A DNA stretch of 64,000 bases, taken from positions 89,528,001 to 89,592,000 of the forward strand of contig OX597823.1 of NCBI GenBank assembly GCA_951406725.2, read 5' to 3'. The notes beneath the pieces are model-generated. The model ran no database searches, was not told the DNA's origin, and was given only the letters and a program-made list of their open reading frames with translations. Below, one piece after another: positions 12,800-25,018 of the stretch (its first letter is position 1; the number at the start of each line of letters is the position of its first letter). Both the position numbers and the translations under genes were made by a program. Origin of the DNA: Octopus vulgaris (Eukaryota).

Positions 12800-15450
12800 A
12801 AATTAAAGGGGAGAACGTGGGTGAACTTTCGGAATAGCTGTCTCATATAAATCAGAATTTCTGCCCTTTTTTCGGGGATGGGAGAGGAGACTTTCCCACA
12901 TTTGAAAGCAAACTTTTTAAAGATGTTTGTTTTCTTTTCAAAAATCTGTTTTCCAACGTCTCTCATGACGCCTTTCAAAATAGACAAGCTTTTTTTACAT
13001 TTTTTACATTTCTTTTTTAATAATCAATGTTTTTCAAGTATTTTTCCCCAGTCATCGTTGTGCCTTCTAAGCAGCAGCCACCACTTTTTTTTTTTGTCTG
13101 TGCACTTTCGGAATAGCTATCCCTCAAAAGTCGGAATTACTCCATTTCTTTGAGGGATTTTTCCCTTTTTCGTATTATCCCACATTTCAAAACAGTTTTT
13201 CACTTTTTAAAATAGATTTTGGAAAGACTTCGCCCCCCCCCCCCCCCATTTTCTCCCAAATTTGTTTATTTTTGTAATTTCTTAAATCTGCCGGTCAAAG
13301 TGAAAAGATCCTTTTTTTTTTTTTTTTCAAAAAATCCCCGTTTTCGGATACGGAAGTTCCGGAAAATTGCCAAAGATCGAAATTGTGAAATTTCCCCCAC
13401 ACACACACTTCTTCAATTTTGACTTTTTTCCCTTACACTAACCCTAAAACCCTAACCCTAATCTTAAAACCGAAAGTACAGAAATGTTTTGAAATTTTTG
13501 TCCGAATCATGATGTCCGTATTTTTCCGCATATTTAGAGAAAAAAAATTCTTCAAAAATTGTTTACAAAGAATTTTTGGAAATTTTTTTTTAGAATTTTT
13601 CCGTATTTTTTTCCTATTTTTCCGCATGTTTTGAAAAAAAATTGTGAAAAAGTTTAAAATGAAAAAAATAGGGGTAGTGTGGTAATTTAGGAATGTCGAT
13701 TTTTGCCAGTGTTTTGGCAGATTCGTATTCCCCGTTGCCGAAAAAGGGAGTTTGTGTCGATTCTGTTCCTTTCGAGATATTTCCACAGTTTTTAGTATCC
13801 CACATTTCAAAAAAGTTTGGGGCAAACTTTTTAAAGCTTCCCCCCCCCCCCCCGTTTCATGTTTTCCAATATTTCGACCATTACCGCTCATCGTGCCTTC
13901 CCAACAGCAGCCGACACAAAATTTTGGTGTATGGCGTGCTTTCGAAATAACTGTCCCACTTAAATAGGAATTTCTCCGTTTCCTTCGGGATTTCTCTACA
14001 GGTTTTAATATCCCACATTTCAAAACAGTTGAAGGAAAACTTTCTAAAGATTTTTTTTTTTTTTTATCCATGTTTTCAAGCGTCTAGACCCCACCTCGCA
14101 TCATGTCTTCCCGTAGCAGACGACACTAAAGTGATCCCCCCTCCCGCCGTTATTTTATTATATTCCACATTTTGAAACACCTTGCTGTATTTTTAGAGGG
14201 GAAAAATTCGTAAACTCTTCTGTCCTCTTCACCTTCAGCATTCTTTTCATGATTAAAATGGGTTTTGGGGTTTTTTGAGTTGTTTTTTTTATCCAATACT
14301 CTGAAACAAGATCCAAACACACTTCTCAACACTTCATAAACACTCGAAATTTGCATTAAACTTTTTAAAATTTGTTTTTCAAATTCTTAAACCTCTTTCT
14401 CTTTTACCCTTCCTTTTGAAATTAATATTCCATTCCTAAAAAATATTTTCAAAATTTCATTTTCATCCCCACCATCAATACTTTTTTTTTTTAACTTTAT
14501 TTATTCTGTAAAAACTTTTGGGATTTTTTTTTCTATAAGGTATAAAAATGAAACGAGTTCAGAGAAAAAGAATTTATTAAAACTTACCTGATTTTGACCA
14601 CTGTATTTACTTTGATAAGTTTGAATAACTCGACAAAGACACCTTATTCTTCTGTGCAGGATATGTGAGTTCAAATGCCGCCGAGGCCAACTTTGCCTTT
14701 CATCCCTTCAGGATCGATAAAATAAGTACTAGTTGAGTACTGAGATCGATGTAATCGATTTATCCCCTCCCCGAACTTTCTGACTTTTATATTTCTCGAT
14801 AAGACCATTCACATCAAAGTAAGAACCACTTAGAAAATTTTCCCGACTCGGGGACAGGTTCTCTCTGACAGTTGCTCTTCCAAGTGGATGTGTGAAAAAC
14901 AAAAGATTGGAATTTTGAAAGAAATTTCCATAAAATAATAATTTCATTTGTTTGAAACATAGAAAAGAATATTTTTAAGGAAAGAAAAGTAAAATTGGAC
15001 GAACAAAATCTCTCTTTTCTTTCTGTCTTCGCAGCAGACGACAGCGATGCAGGCACTGTGGGAAAAAAAACTCTGGTGAAGTCTTTGTAAATGTTCTTTA
15101 TTTTTTATTTTAATGCAAATTACAATTCTATGAGAAGTGGTTCAGTGTGTGAAATATTATAAAATGACGAAAAATAATGAGAAAGACAAAAAAGAGAAAT
15201 CATTTTAGTGGTAGATGCTGTCCCGAAGACTCGATGAAGGGCGAGGGTTGACGGACATTTGAAAAACATGGACTTAAAACAAACTATTTTTTAAAAAAAC
15301 AAAGTTCAACAATTCACCCGAAGTATTTTGAAATGTAAGATACTATAAAATAAGGAAAAATTCCGGGATCTTTTCATTTTGAAAAAAAAGAAAAATTCCG
15401 ATTTATGTGTGACAGCTCTTCCGAAAGTTTAACAAAATATGTTGGGTAAA
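12800..15450. repeat. Degenerate foldback-type element with tandem ~200-280-bp subunits and an inverted subunit
   Basis: Variants of ctttcggaatagctgtc..tatcccacatttcaaaa..catcgtgccttc..agcagc recur at ~12826, 13105, 13795 and 13940; 15395-15428 is the reverse complement (ccgatttatgtgtgacagctcttccgaaag). Confidence 0.7.
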
Positions 15451-15744
15451 TTAGGGGTCAACAAGGTAGCCAATATTAACCCCTTAGGAGTGCCTGGCTA
15501 AGAGAATCGATGCACATTAAATATTCCGATTATATCGATATAATATGACTGAATTTTTATTTTTATTTATCAGTTTCGTTTAGTATTTTCGTTAAATTTC
15601 TTTAAACATTTCTTATCAAAAAGCGGTAATGCCGCAAAAGAGCGAAAGAATTAAAGCAATAATCAAGAAAAATTTTATAAACTTTATTTTTAATTCTAAT
15701 TTTAAAATTTACATGATAGAAAAATCGATAAGCTATCAACGATT

Positions 15745-15829
15745 CCCTGAGGAGGACAATGATATCAAAAATTAAGAAGTGTGCGACCCGTGCTCAAGAC
15801 AGACGATGTCTGAAAAAAAGCTGACAGGG
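15745..15829 (+). ncRNA. Degenerate type I hammerhead-ribozyme-like motif
   Basis: cc-CTGAGGA-ggaca...tgtct-GAAA-aaaagctgac-aggg; stem III is mutated. Confidence 0.4.
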
Positions 15830-16189
15830 CTATAGGTGTATGACCCCAACACTAATTTGTTTCCCTTTAACTTTCTTTTAAAATGCTTATTGTCATTGAT
15901 TAAATTTTCCAGATATACATTTTAGTTAATGTAGAATATGATTATGCTAGTTACAAAATTGAAAAAAAATTCTTTTCAGGACCTTTCCACTCACTAACCA
16001 CACTATCCGACTGCCTTTGTGAAATGCATATTATTTTTTTCAAATAAAATTTTCTGTATTTACGTTTTCGATTTTTTAAATTCTGAGTATTTTGATAAAT
16101 GTTTCTTTTTTTTTTAAGAAATCAATCGTACTCTAAAGCATCGGAAATTTATCTCAGAAAATTCCCAATAAAAATATGCATTTAACAAA

Positions 16190-16860
16190 ATCTAGTTGGG
16201 TGGGGTGATGATCTAAAAATATTTTTTCGACAGTTTTTTTTACCTCACATAACTGTAATCTACTCCGTTTAAAATGTATCTCTCAAAAATTTCACTTAAA
16301 AATAAATATTTTTTAAAAAGTTGTGAGAAAACTAAGTCAGGAGAGTGGAAAATCATCCAAAACTCAACCACCATTTTTTTTTTTAATATAATCGTAATCT
16401 ACTTCACCAAAAATATATCGAGAAATTGTCATTGGAAAATGTGCATTTGTAAAAGAGCTATGAGGAAACTAAGTCGAGAGGATGGTAATTATCAAAAAAT
16501 CCACCAAATAAACTTTTTTTCACAATTCTTCTGACATAATTGTAATCAACTTCGTCTAAAATACATCTCTGTTGAGAGAGGGGAAATTATTTGAAACTCC
16601 TCCAAAGATAATTTTTTTCGCAACTTTACCTGACATAACCATAATCTACCCCATTTAACGTGTATCTGGAAAAATACTAAAAATATAAGCGTTTTAAAGA
16701 AAGTTATGACGAAACGAAGTCCATGGGTAGGAGAATTATCCAAAACTCCTCCAAACTTTTTACAGTTTTTTTTTCAGAAATAATCATAATATACACCTTC
16801 TCAAACGTATCTCTTAAAAATTTCATCAAAATGTGAGGAAAATAGTTGTGAGGCACCCAA
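16190..16860. repeat. Degenerate ~130-140-bp tandem array related to the 33.9-34.7 kb foldback
   Basis: Recurrent aagttgtgagaaaactaagtc / gagctatgaggaaactaagtc / aagttatgacgaaacgaagtc and cataa..gtaatctac modules. Confidence 0.7.
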
Positions 16861-17439
16861 ACTGTAGTTACATGCTCGAAAATAACCCACTGTCCGTCTA
16901 CTCAGAGTTGGAACCCTTCGTTTTTGGTCTCTTCGCCCTCAGAACCAACTTGTGTCGGAACAAAACATCAATTTAATTGTTTTACGAAAAAGGTTAGGTG
17001 AATTCCGTTTAATAATTGCAATGATCAGAAGTTGTTGAAAATACGGATGTTTATTTCGAAATCGGGATAAGAAGAAGAGTTTATATAACAGGGGAAGTAA
17101 AGTGAATACTCTTTCTGTCCCTACGTTCTCAGTTCAAATGCTGCGAAGATCGATATTGCCTTTCATCCTTTCGGGATTGATGAAATAAGTACCAGTTGTA
17201 CACTGGGTCGATGTACTCCTTCTGCATATAGCATTAAAAAATTACTGGATCACAACACTTGCCCATTGTCCTAACGTTGTTGGTATTGTTCCTTGATGAC
17301 ACTAATTATGCACCTATGGGTTTAAATTAGGAAACCTAGAAAGCTACATAATAATAAAAGTCACATAACAATACTGTTCTCTTAGTTCTTGCTGATTATA
17401 AACTTTACTTTTACCATCAGTTAAAACTTGTACCTAGTG

Positions 17440-17700
17440 TTTTCTGTGAATCTCATGTCTCATAGTGGACTCCACCACCTTGAGCTGCTTGTTGATGGTC
17501 CTTATCAACCCACTGGTCTTCTCATCAATGTCCTGAATCTACTGGATGAACTCAGTCATCTTGATGGCATATGATTATTGAGAAAGGTTCTTTTTATTGG
17601 CCATTGAAGATATGTCCCCAACTGTCAGAGGCCTCCTTATTTTTCCTCCTCTGAGCAAAGAACCAGCTTTGTCTCATTTTGCATCATGCTTGTGTTATCT
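17440..17700 (-). mobile_element. Tc1/mariner-type transposase N-terminal HTH fragment
   Basis: Minus frame reads AIKMTEFIQ*IQDIDEKTSGLIRTINKQLKVVESTMRHEIH, resembling RTPEFIQQVQDIIDEDPSKSIRAIARDLQVSE-type HTH regions (recalled similarity). Confidence 0.55.
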
Positions 17701-18910
17701 CTAATAACTTACATTGAAATATATACGTGGCTCTAGAATATCCACCTATTTATGCACTAATTCAGTGAGTAAACCAATCCACTGATCAGACAATTGGGAC
17801 AGTCATTGATGTGTGTTTGCCTGTGAATGTAATCCTGGAAATAACACTTATAACTAAAGATAACCTGAACAATAGATATGTATTGTTTTTGAACTATTCA
17901 AATTTAAATTTCGGCACTAGTATACAACACTGACAACAGACTGACTTTTAGTGTGAAATACTTTCATTCGATTAAGCCTATGGTACAATGACACTTGCTC
18001 AACAGTGACTGAAACGAACAATAAACCTCTAAGTGGCCTTTATTAATTAATTATCTTTACAAAAACTGACAGTTATCATCCATTATGTTTAGTTCAGTGT
18101 TAAACATTAAAGCTTTTACACAGTCCAAAAAGATGAACACCATGTTGGATTCACTTGTTGTTTTAACTCCAAGTCATCCCTAATCCTGTAGGTTTACAGT
18201 CAAATGTGTACTTTTAGAAATAATGTATGTTTATATAATGTAACTATATTATACAGTTTTCTCTTTTGAAATTGTTGTCAGAGCCTATAAGATGGGGAAG
18301 ATCAAATGGTACACAGGTTGGGCCTTGGAGGTCTTGGGGGTTCCTGCAAATATTTGATAGTTCCCCACCCTGGAGAAAAACTATAAGACATATTGCTTTC
18401 CTTTGCATTGTTTTACAAAGGTTCTAGTAGCTTATGTGGAATAGTAATAATGCAGGTGTGGGAAGGGTCAGATAGTACAAAGGTTAGGGCTGCCATAAGA
18501 GCCATGGAGGGGCCCATGAATAACTTTGCATTATTTAACAACAGTTCCAGTAGCTTATGTGAAGAAGTAATAATGCAGTACACAAGTTTTGTAACTGTGT
18601 ACTAACAAACATGTGGTATTCAACTCTAAAATGACCATAAGAAATCAGTTAAGTAGAAAGAATGCTAATAGTTGCACAAACTCAAATCTAATTTTAAAAC
18701 ATTTTCAAAGACAAAATACACAAGTGAAAACAAAATTGAAATTAAATATAAGATACAAATAACATGTCACTTTAGCATCACCAGACTGATCTAATAACAA
18801 GTTGCAGTAAAAGGGAAGGGTGTATTTGAAAATAAGTTACATTGAACCAAATGCATGAGTGAAATGAAAAATACCATTGCTTTGGCGTTGTGCAAAGAGT
18901 TGGATGACAA

Positions 18911-19127
18911 TTTAACACTTTAACATTCATATTACTCAACCAAATGTAATGCTTATCTATTCACATTGCTTTGAATTTACCATACATTATCTTGTATCTT
19001 TGAGAATTCAATGATGTGATTGTATATTTTTTGACTGACGTTGTAGGGTAGATTTGAGAAACCTGATCTGGTCAGTTTGACCATAAAACAGGTGGAATAT
19101 TTGGGCCTGAGAGTAGTAAAGGGTTAA
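18911..19127. mobile_element. TTAA-flanked MITE (piggyBac-like ends); partial relatives at ~32602-32720 and ~53970-54000
   Basis: ttaacacttta ... taaagggttaa termini; the cattcagattactctg-like internal motif is shared with the other copies. Confidence 0.65.
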
Positions 19128-20061
19128 AGATGTCAAAGCACTCATTATTGTGCTTATGTGTGAGGTATTTTTCCTATAAACATCAAAGAATTTGCATCAT
19201 TTTTGAAGAATAATCCTTATTGCATCAGCAACTGTTGAAAAGTCTCCATAATGCAACTGAATGCAGCAGAAGTCAGGAACAAAAGAACAATGCAAGAAAC
19301 AGAAGCTAAAAGAAAATCAAATGATATTATATCATTTCTTGAACTGCCAAACATTTCCTCAGTACTAGCTGTATCAGAAATGAGTAAATTTACTTTGCAA
19401 CCATGTGATCTTGGATTCATACCTTTTGTGTGGTACCTTGGGCAAATATCTTGTATTATTGTCCCAAACTCACTAATGCCATGCAAGTGAATTTAATACA
19501 TGGAAACTGCATGGAAGCCCATCATGTGTATGTATGTGTGTGTATGTTTATGTTTGTACCCAGCATTGCTTGATGACTGGTGTTAGTTTATTTATGTCAC
19601 TGTAACTTAGTAGTTTGGCAAAAGAAACTGATAGAATAAATGCCAAGCTTAAAAAATAGTAATACTGTGGTTGATTTGTTTGACTAAAACCCTTCAAGAC
19701 AGTACTCCAGCATGACTGAAACAAGTAAAAGATAAAAGATAAGCAACAGTGTATCAAGAGATAAATGTGTCTTTCAAAGGGGCCAAAAAATCTTTGAGAA
19801 TAGGAAAACAAGAATAAACAGCAGATGCTACATCAGTGTTGAGCCAGTATCACAATCTAGGTTCCTTGGAGTTTGAAAATGTATTAAATCATTTTTTCTT
19901 TAGCCACAGGCATGGCTATATGGTAAAAAGTTTGCTTTCCAACCACATGGTCCTAAGTTCAGTCCCACCTTAAGCAAGCGTCTTCTACTATAGCCTTGGG
20001 CCAACCAAATCCTTGTGAGTGGAATTGGTAGATAGAAACTGAAAGAAGCCTATCATATATA

Positions 20062-20946
20062 TGAGGAGGTGCCCAAAAGAAACTGGGATTTCAAAATATT
20101 ATTTTATTCACTTAGTTTTACATGTTTACACTTTTATCACCTTCAAAGTATTCTCCATTTGAAGCAATGCTTTGGTCCAGACCCGTTTTCTGCTATTTGA
20201 ATCAGTGCTGGAAGTTTTGCTAAGTGATACCTTTTAATACCTCCATCATTTCTTTCTTCATCTTTTCCACCTCAGCAAATTCCATAGCACCAGCTTTTGT
20301 CAACTGTGATGACCTTCAAAAAAAGGTCCTGATCAACTTCCAATGTTCTTTCATTTCGCAACATGCATTCAGTCGTGATTGCTTTTGATTTTTCGAGGAG
20401 CAACTCTTTACATTTGCAATTCCTCACTCAAAAAATTCATTAGCAGGAGCTCCAGGACACATCAGTCATATCAACAAGTTTGTCAGTTGTTCGGTGATGG
20501 TCTTCCAAGGTCACTTCATGAATTTTCATGATGTTTACATTTGTCTGGGAGATTGATGATCACCCTGAATGAGGTTGGTCTTCAAGCATGAAGTAACCAT
20601 TCCTAAAGCATGGAAACCACACATAAGCTTGTATTTTGCTCATGGCAGTGTCTTTGTAAGCTGTTTGAAGCATGACAATTGTTTCAGCTGCCGTTTTCCC
20701 CTACAGAAAACAGAATTTCAAAGAAGCACACTGTTCCTTCTTTTCAACTGTTGCAAAAATCGATGAACAGGGGAGAAGTACAGCAAAATAAAGACACACC
20801 ACATGACATTACGACCTCACTAGACAATGCTAGTCAGCAAATTGATGCCTGAGGGTTGTATCAAGTGGCTTCTAGCAGCAAAAGCCTGAACTACAATGGG
20901 CTTGTCCCACAGAGAACATTTCTGGTTACTTTTATGTACCTTTTCA
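20062..20946 (-). mobile_element. Internally deleted mariner transposon inserted in the TA tract of a family A SINE
   Basis: Imperfect TIRs tgaggaggtgcccaaaagaaactgg / ctggttacttttatgtaccttttca between TA runs; minus strand has mariner HTH-like residue (DHHRTTDKLVDMTDVSWSSC). Confidence 0.75.
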
Positions 20947-21119
20947 TATATATATATATATATATATACAATATACCTTGTCAGTAAGAACTGGCTCAAC
21001 TTCAGCAGATTCCAGACTTAATTCTCTGTCAGTTTATGTGTTTTTGTCATAGAAATCTATGGATGATTTAACAAATTGCCAATGTGTATACAGAAAATTA
21101 ATATAGACAGTGTGATCAT

Positions 21120-21640
21120 AGCCAGGCCCACTCTGTGTGATCATCACCAGGGTTGCTGATGCATGATCGTTGCTAGGGCCGCTGATGTGTGACTGTAACC
21201 AGGACCGCTGATGCGTGATCGTTTTCCAGGGCCGCTGATTGGCTCTCCTTCCAGTGGTACATAAAAAGCACCATTTGGGCGTGATTGTTGCCAGTGTCGC
21301 TTTGCTGGCACATGTGCTGGTGTCATGTGAAAAACAACATTCGAGCGTGGTCGTTGCCCATGTCACCAGACTGGCTCCCATGTAGGTAGCACGTAAAAAA
21401 CACCTTTTGAGCATGGTCATTGCCAGAACTGCCTGACTAACCCTTGTGCCGGTGACACATGAAAGCACCCACTACACTCTCGGAATGGTTATCGTTAGGA
21501 AGGGCATCCAGCTGTAGAACCTTTGCCAGATCAGATGGAGCCTGGTGCAGCCTTCTAGCTTGCCAGTCCTCAGTCAAACTGTCCAACTCATGCCAGCATG
21601 TAAAGTGGATGTTAAACAATGATGATGATGGTGATAATGG
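21120..21640 (+). mobile_element. RTE LINE 3' UTR fragment (family D) with ~26-bp and ~64-bp tandem units and (GAT)n tail; other copies at ~26867-27060(-), 27960-28215(+), 30470-30710(+), 35625-35735(-), 37570-38000(+), 48750-49300(+), 54600-54880(-), 62995-63480(-)
   Basis: Same sequence that follows the RTE ORF remnant at 23660-24616: gtgccggtggcacgtaaaaagcacc-type units, then tggcgttaggaagggcatccagc...gttaaacgatgatgat. Confidence 0.8.
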
Positions 21641-21718
21641 TGACTGTAGTTTGCAATGTTCTACCAAAAAGTAAAACTATAATTGTCATGTATATGTGTA
21701 TGCATGTATGTATGTATG

Positions 21719-21778
<60 letters not shown>

Positions 21779-21865
21779 ATTATTATTTGAGGGAATAAAA
21801 TCCAAACTTACAAGGAAAAAGAATTCAATTTAGAAATACTAAATCAAATTCCACAAAATATAATA

Positions 21866-22233
21866 TATATAAAATATTAGAAAAAAAACACCTTTTATCA
21901 ATTCAAAATGAATAATTAAATTACACCATCTAGAAAATTACATATAATAGAAAAGTTAAAATTAAAATAACAATTAAAAAGTAAAGATTAAGTAAATTAC
22001 AAGAATAATGTAATGTATAAAATATTTTATACATTACATTATTCTTGTAATTTACTTAATCTTTACTTATAAAATATTTTATACATTACATTATTCTTGT
22101 AATTTACTTAATCTTTACTTTTTAATTGTTATTTTAATTTTAACTTTTCTATTATATGTAATTTTCTAGATGGTGTAATTTAATTATTCATTTTGAATTG
22201 ATAAAAGGTGTTTTTTTTCTAATATTTTATATA
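21866..22233. repeat. Perfect AT-rich palindrome, 158-bp arms, with 52-bp duplication of the centre
   Basis: 21866-22023 is the reverse complement of 22076-22233; 22016-22067 is repeated as 22068-22119. Confidence 0.92.
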
Positions 22234-22259
22234 CATACATACATACATACATACATACA

Positions 22260-23048
22260 TGATGGCCGTCCACTCGTAACCGAGGAAGACCATTGCTGAC
22301 CTTCAGGAACATTGTGCGCTCTAGGACTAACTTATATTTTGCATTTGCGGCTCTGTTGGTGGCTAATGAGCCCTGCTCTTGACAAGCATACACGACTGCA
22401 AACATTGCAGACCAAGCTTTCCCCATTCACTATACGAGCCGTGCGCTTTCGTGCAGCTCGCTTAAGTTCTTCATGCTGGTTACGTGCTCTCTCAAAAGTG
22501 TCGATCCCCCCCTTAACCTGCTTCCTCCATCTGTGGTGATGACAGGCATTGTTCTCCCAGTCAGTTTCCTGTATATCAAAAGCCTTTAACGAGGACTTGA
22601 CACAGTCCTTAAATCGTAGCCTTGGTTTCTGCCGGAGTCTCCTTCCATTCACAAGTTCTCCATAGAGCATCTGCTTAGGAATCCTTCTATCCTCCATTCT
22701 AATAAGGTGTCCAGTCCAACGCAACCGGTGCTTGTGTACCATCGCCTCAATACTCAAGATATCAGCTGTCCTCAGGATCTGTGTGTCTGGAATTTTTAAG
22801 GTCCAGCCAACATTGAGAATGTGTCTGAGACATCTCCGATGAAAACGTTCAAGGACCCTTACCTGACGTTTGTACAGAGTCCATGTCTCACATGAGTAGA
22901 GAAGCAATGTCAGTACACAAGCACGGTACACAGCAACTTTTGTTCTCCTTGCGATGCCATGTTGGGACCAGACACAAGACTGAAGAGACCGGAATGAATT
23001 AGTTGCTCTCTGCAACCTGAAAGATATTTCCTCATCCAGGGAGCAAGA
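22260..23048 (-). mobile_element. 5'-truncated RTE (BovB-like) LINE with uninterrupted ORF C-terminus
   Basis: ORF 22332-23096: TKVAVYRACVLTLLLYSCETW, RLRWTGHLIRMEDRRIPKQMLYGEL, RFKD, terminal Zn-finger-like CNVCSRVCLSRAGLISH; (CATA)n on both sides. Confidence 0.92.
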
Positions 23049-23088
23049 ACATACATACATACATACATACATACATACATACATACAT

Positions 23089-23119
<31 letters not shown>

Positions 23120-23293
23120 GAGATATATATGTGTGTGTGTATATAAATGGATGTGTGTATTTTTCCCTTGTCTACAATTAACACGGAAAAAATAAATAAG
23201 CATTTACCAGGGCAGCAAAATATCACACAAGTAATAAGGGCGTAACACCCTGTTTGTAAAGGTAGAAACTCCGGGTTGATGTGAAATATTTTG

Positions 23294-23335
<42 letters not shown>

Positions 23336-23369
23336 GGAGTTAAACACAGGTGTCATTCAAAATCTTTTA

Positions 23370-23456
23370 CTTCTGACATATGTTTTGGAGACAACATTCA
23401 TATTATTCCAGACGGAATAAAATGGTGTAAAACAATGTAATCTTCTCATCAGGGAA
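23370..23456 (-). ncRNA. Degenerate hammerhead-ribozyme-like motif in a probable Penelope-like fragment
   Basis: Minus strand: ttcc-CTGATGA-gaagattacatt...(ttattcc gtct ggaataa hairpin)...aatgttgtctcc-AAAAC-atat-GTC-agaa; GAAA is changed to AAAA, consistent with CpG decay; palindromic stem III ACATATGT. Confidence 0.6.
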
Positions 23457-23659
23457 AAAAAGGAAGAAACCAAACTCATCAATAAGACATTTTAACAGAA
23501 TGTGATGAATGTGTATAATGATGAATGGAACGCTATTAAATTTTTTTTAAAAACCATTTGAAGATATAACGTCAAAGGTAGCCTATAGAAAGAGAAGGGG
23601 TAAAGGAAAGAAATAAGCAGAAGGTAGTAGAAATAAGCAGGTAGTAGATAGCTTCTGTT

Positions 23660-24616
23660 ATCTGGGTAACCAAGTTATTAGTGGAGGTGGATGCTCTGAG
23701 AACATAGCTGCAAGAATAAGAATAGGCTGGGCAAAGTTCAGAGAGCTCCTGCCTCTCCTGGCAACAATGGGCCTCTCCCTCAGCGTGAAAGGTAGACTAT
23801 ATGATGCTTGGCTGTGAACAGCTATGCTACATGGTAGTGAAACATGGGCTGTGATAGCCAAGGACATGTGTAAGCTAGAAAGAAATGAAGCTAATATGCT
23901 TCGCTGGATGTACCATGTCAGTGTGCATGTATGACAGAGTGTAAGCATCTTGAGGGAAATGTTGGGCATAAGAGGCTTAGGCATCAGATGTGGTGTGCGA
24001 GAGGAACAACTGCACTGGTATGGTTATGTGATGCATATGGACAGGCACAGTTGTGTGAAGAAGTGCCAATCTCTAACTGTGGCAGGAACATATGGTAGAG
24101 GTAGATCCAGGTAAACATGGGACGAGGTGGTGAAGTATGATCTTTGAACTTTGGGACTCACCGAGGCAATGACTACTGACCAAGACCTTTGGTGAAATGC
24201 CATGCTTGAGAAGACTTGTGAAATCGTAGTCATGGTCAATGCTAGTGTCACATGACTGGCATCTGTGCCGGTGACATGTAAAAAGCACATTTCAAGCATT
24301 GGACCTCACAGAGGCAATGACAAATGTCTGAGACTATTTGGCATTATGCCATGCTTGAGAAGACCCAGCAAGCCAAATGAAATTTTTTTCATGGCAGAAA
24401 CTGGTGTCATGCAACTGGCACCTGTGCCACTGGCATACAAAAGCACCCATTACACTCTCAAAGTGGTTGGCATTAGGAAGGGCATCTAACCATAGAAACC
24501 ATGCCAAATCAGACTGGAGACTGGTGCAGCCTCTCAGCTTACCAGTCCTGATCAAACCATCCAGTCCATGCCAGCATGTACAACAGATGTTAAATGATGA
24601 TGTTGATGATGATGAT
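23660..24616 (+). mobile_element. Decayed RTE LINE 3' end (post-RT region, 3' UTR, (GAT)n tail)
   Basis: Plus frame reads SGGGCSENIAARIRIGWAKFRELLPLL..VKGRLYDA..MLHGSETWAV..LERNEANMLRWM with stops, followed by the family D UTR. Confidence 0.88.
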
Positions 24617-24960
24617 GTCTTTATATTTTACTTTTTTCAATCATTGGATTGATGGCAAAATGCCTTAAAGGGATTTAGTCAAATAATTTGACCCCAGTAC
24701 TTATTTTTTTAAGCCTGGAACATTTTTGTTGTGCCTTTGAGCAAAACACTTCCTTTCATGTTGCTCTAGTGGATGGGAGAATACCCTTCCAGGTTGTTTA
24801 GGGAGTGCTGGAGAAGGATAACATGCAGAGGACCTGCCCTAGTGCAGACCACTACTAGACTCAATATCTATATCCACTTACATATAAAAGAAAGAACACA
24901 AATGAGATTTAAAATTCTTCTACTGCTCTTTTGGTAGAATTTTATTTTATGTATTCATAG

Positions 24961-25018
24961 ATTACATCATAGCATAAATCCACAATCTTCAGACAATATT
25001 TTAAACAGGTATAAACAG
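24961..25018 (+). other. Candidate 58-bp internal exon
   Basis: T-rich acceptor ttttattttatgtattcatag and donor CAG|GTGAGG; one frame is open (LHHSINPQSSDNILNRYKQ). No recognisable homology. Confidence 0.3.

Noticed and set aside
13438-13461. Chromosome end or fusion scar
   Set aside because: Only about 3-4 imperfect CCCTAA units, in one orientation, inside a repeat.
13433-14071. 212-aa Lys/Phe-rich ORF
   Set aside because: Arises from homopolymer runs and repeat subunits of the foldback element; no domain.
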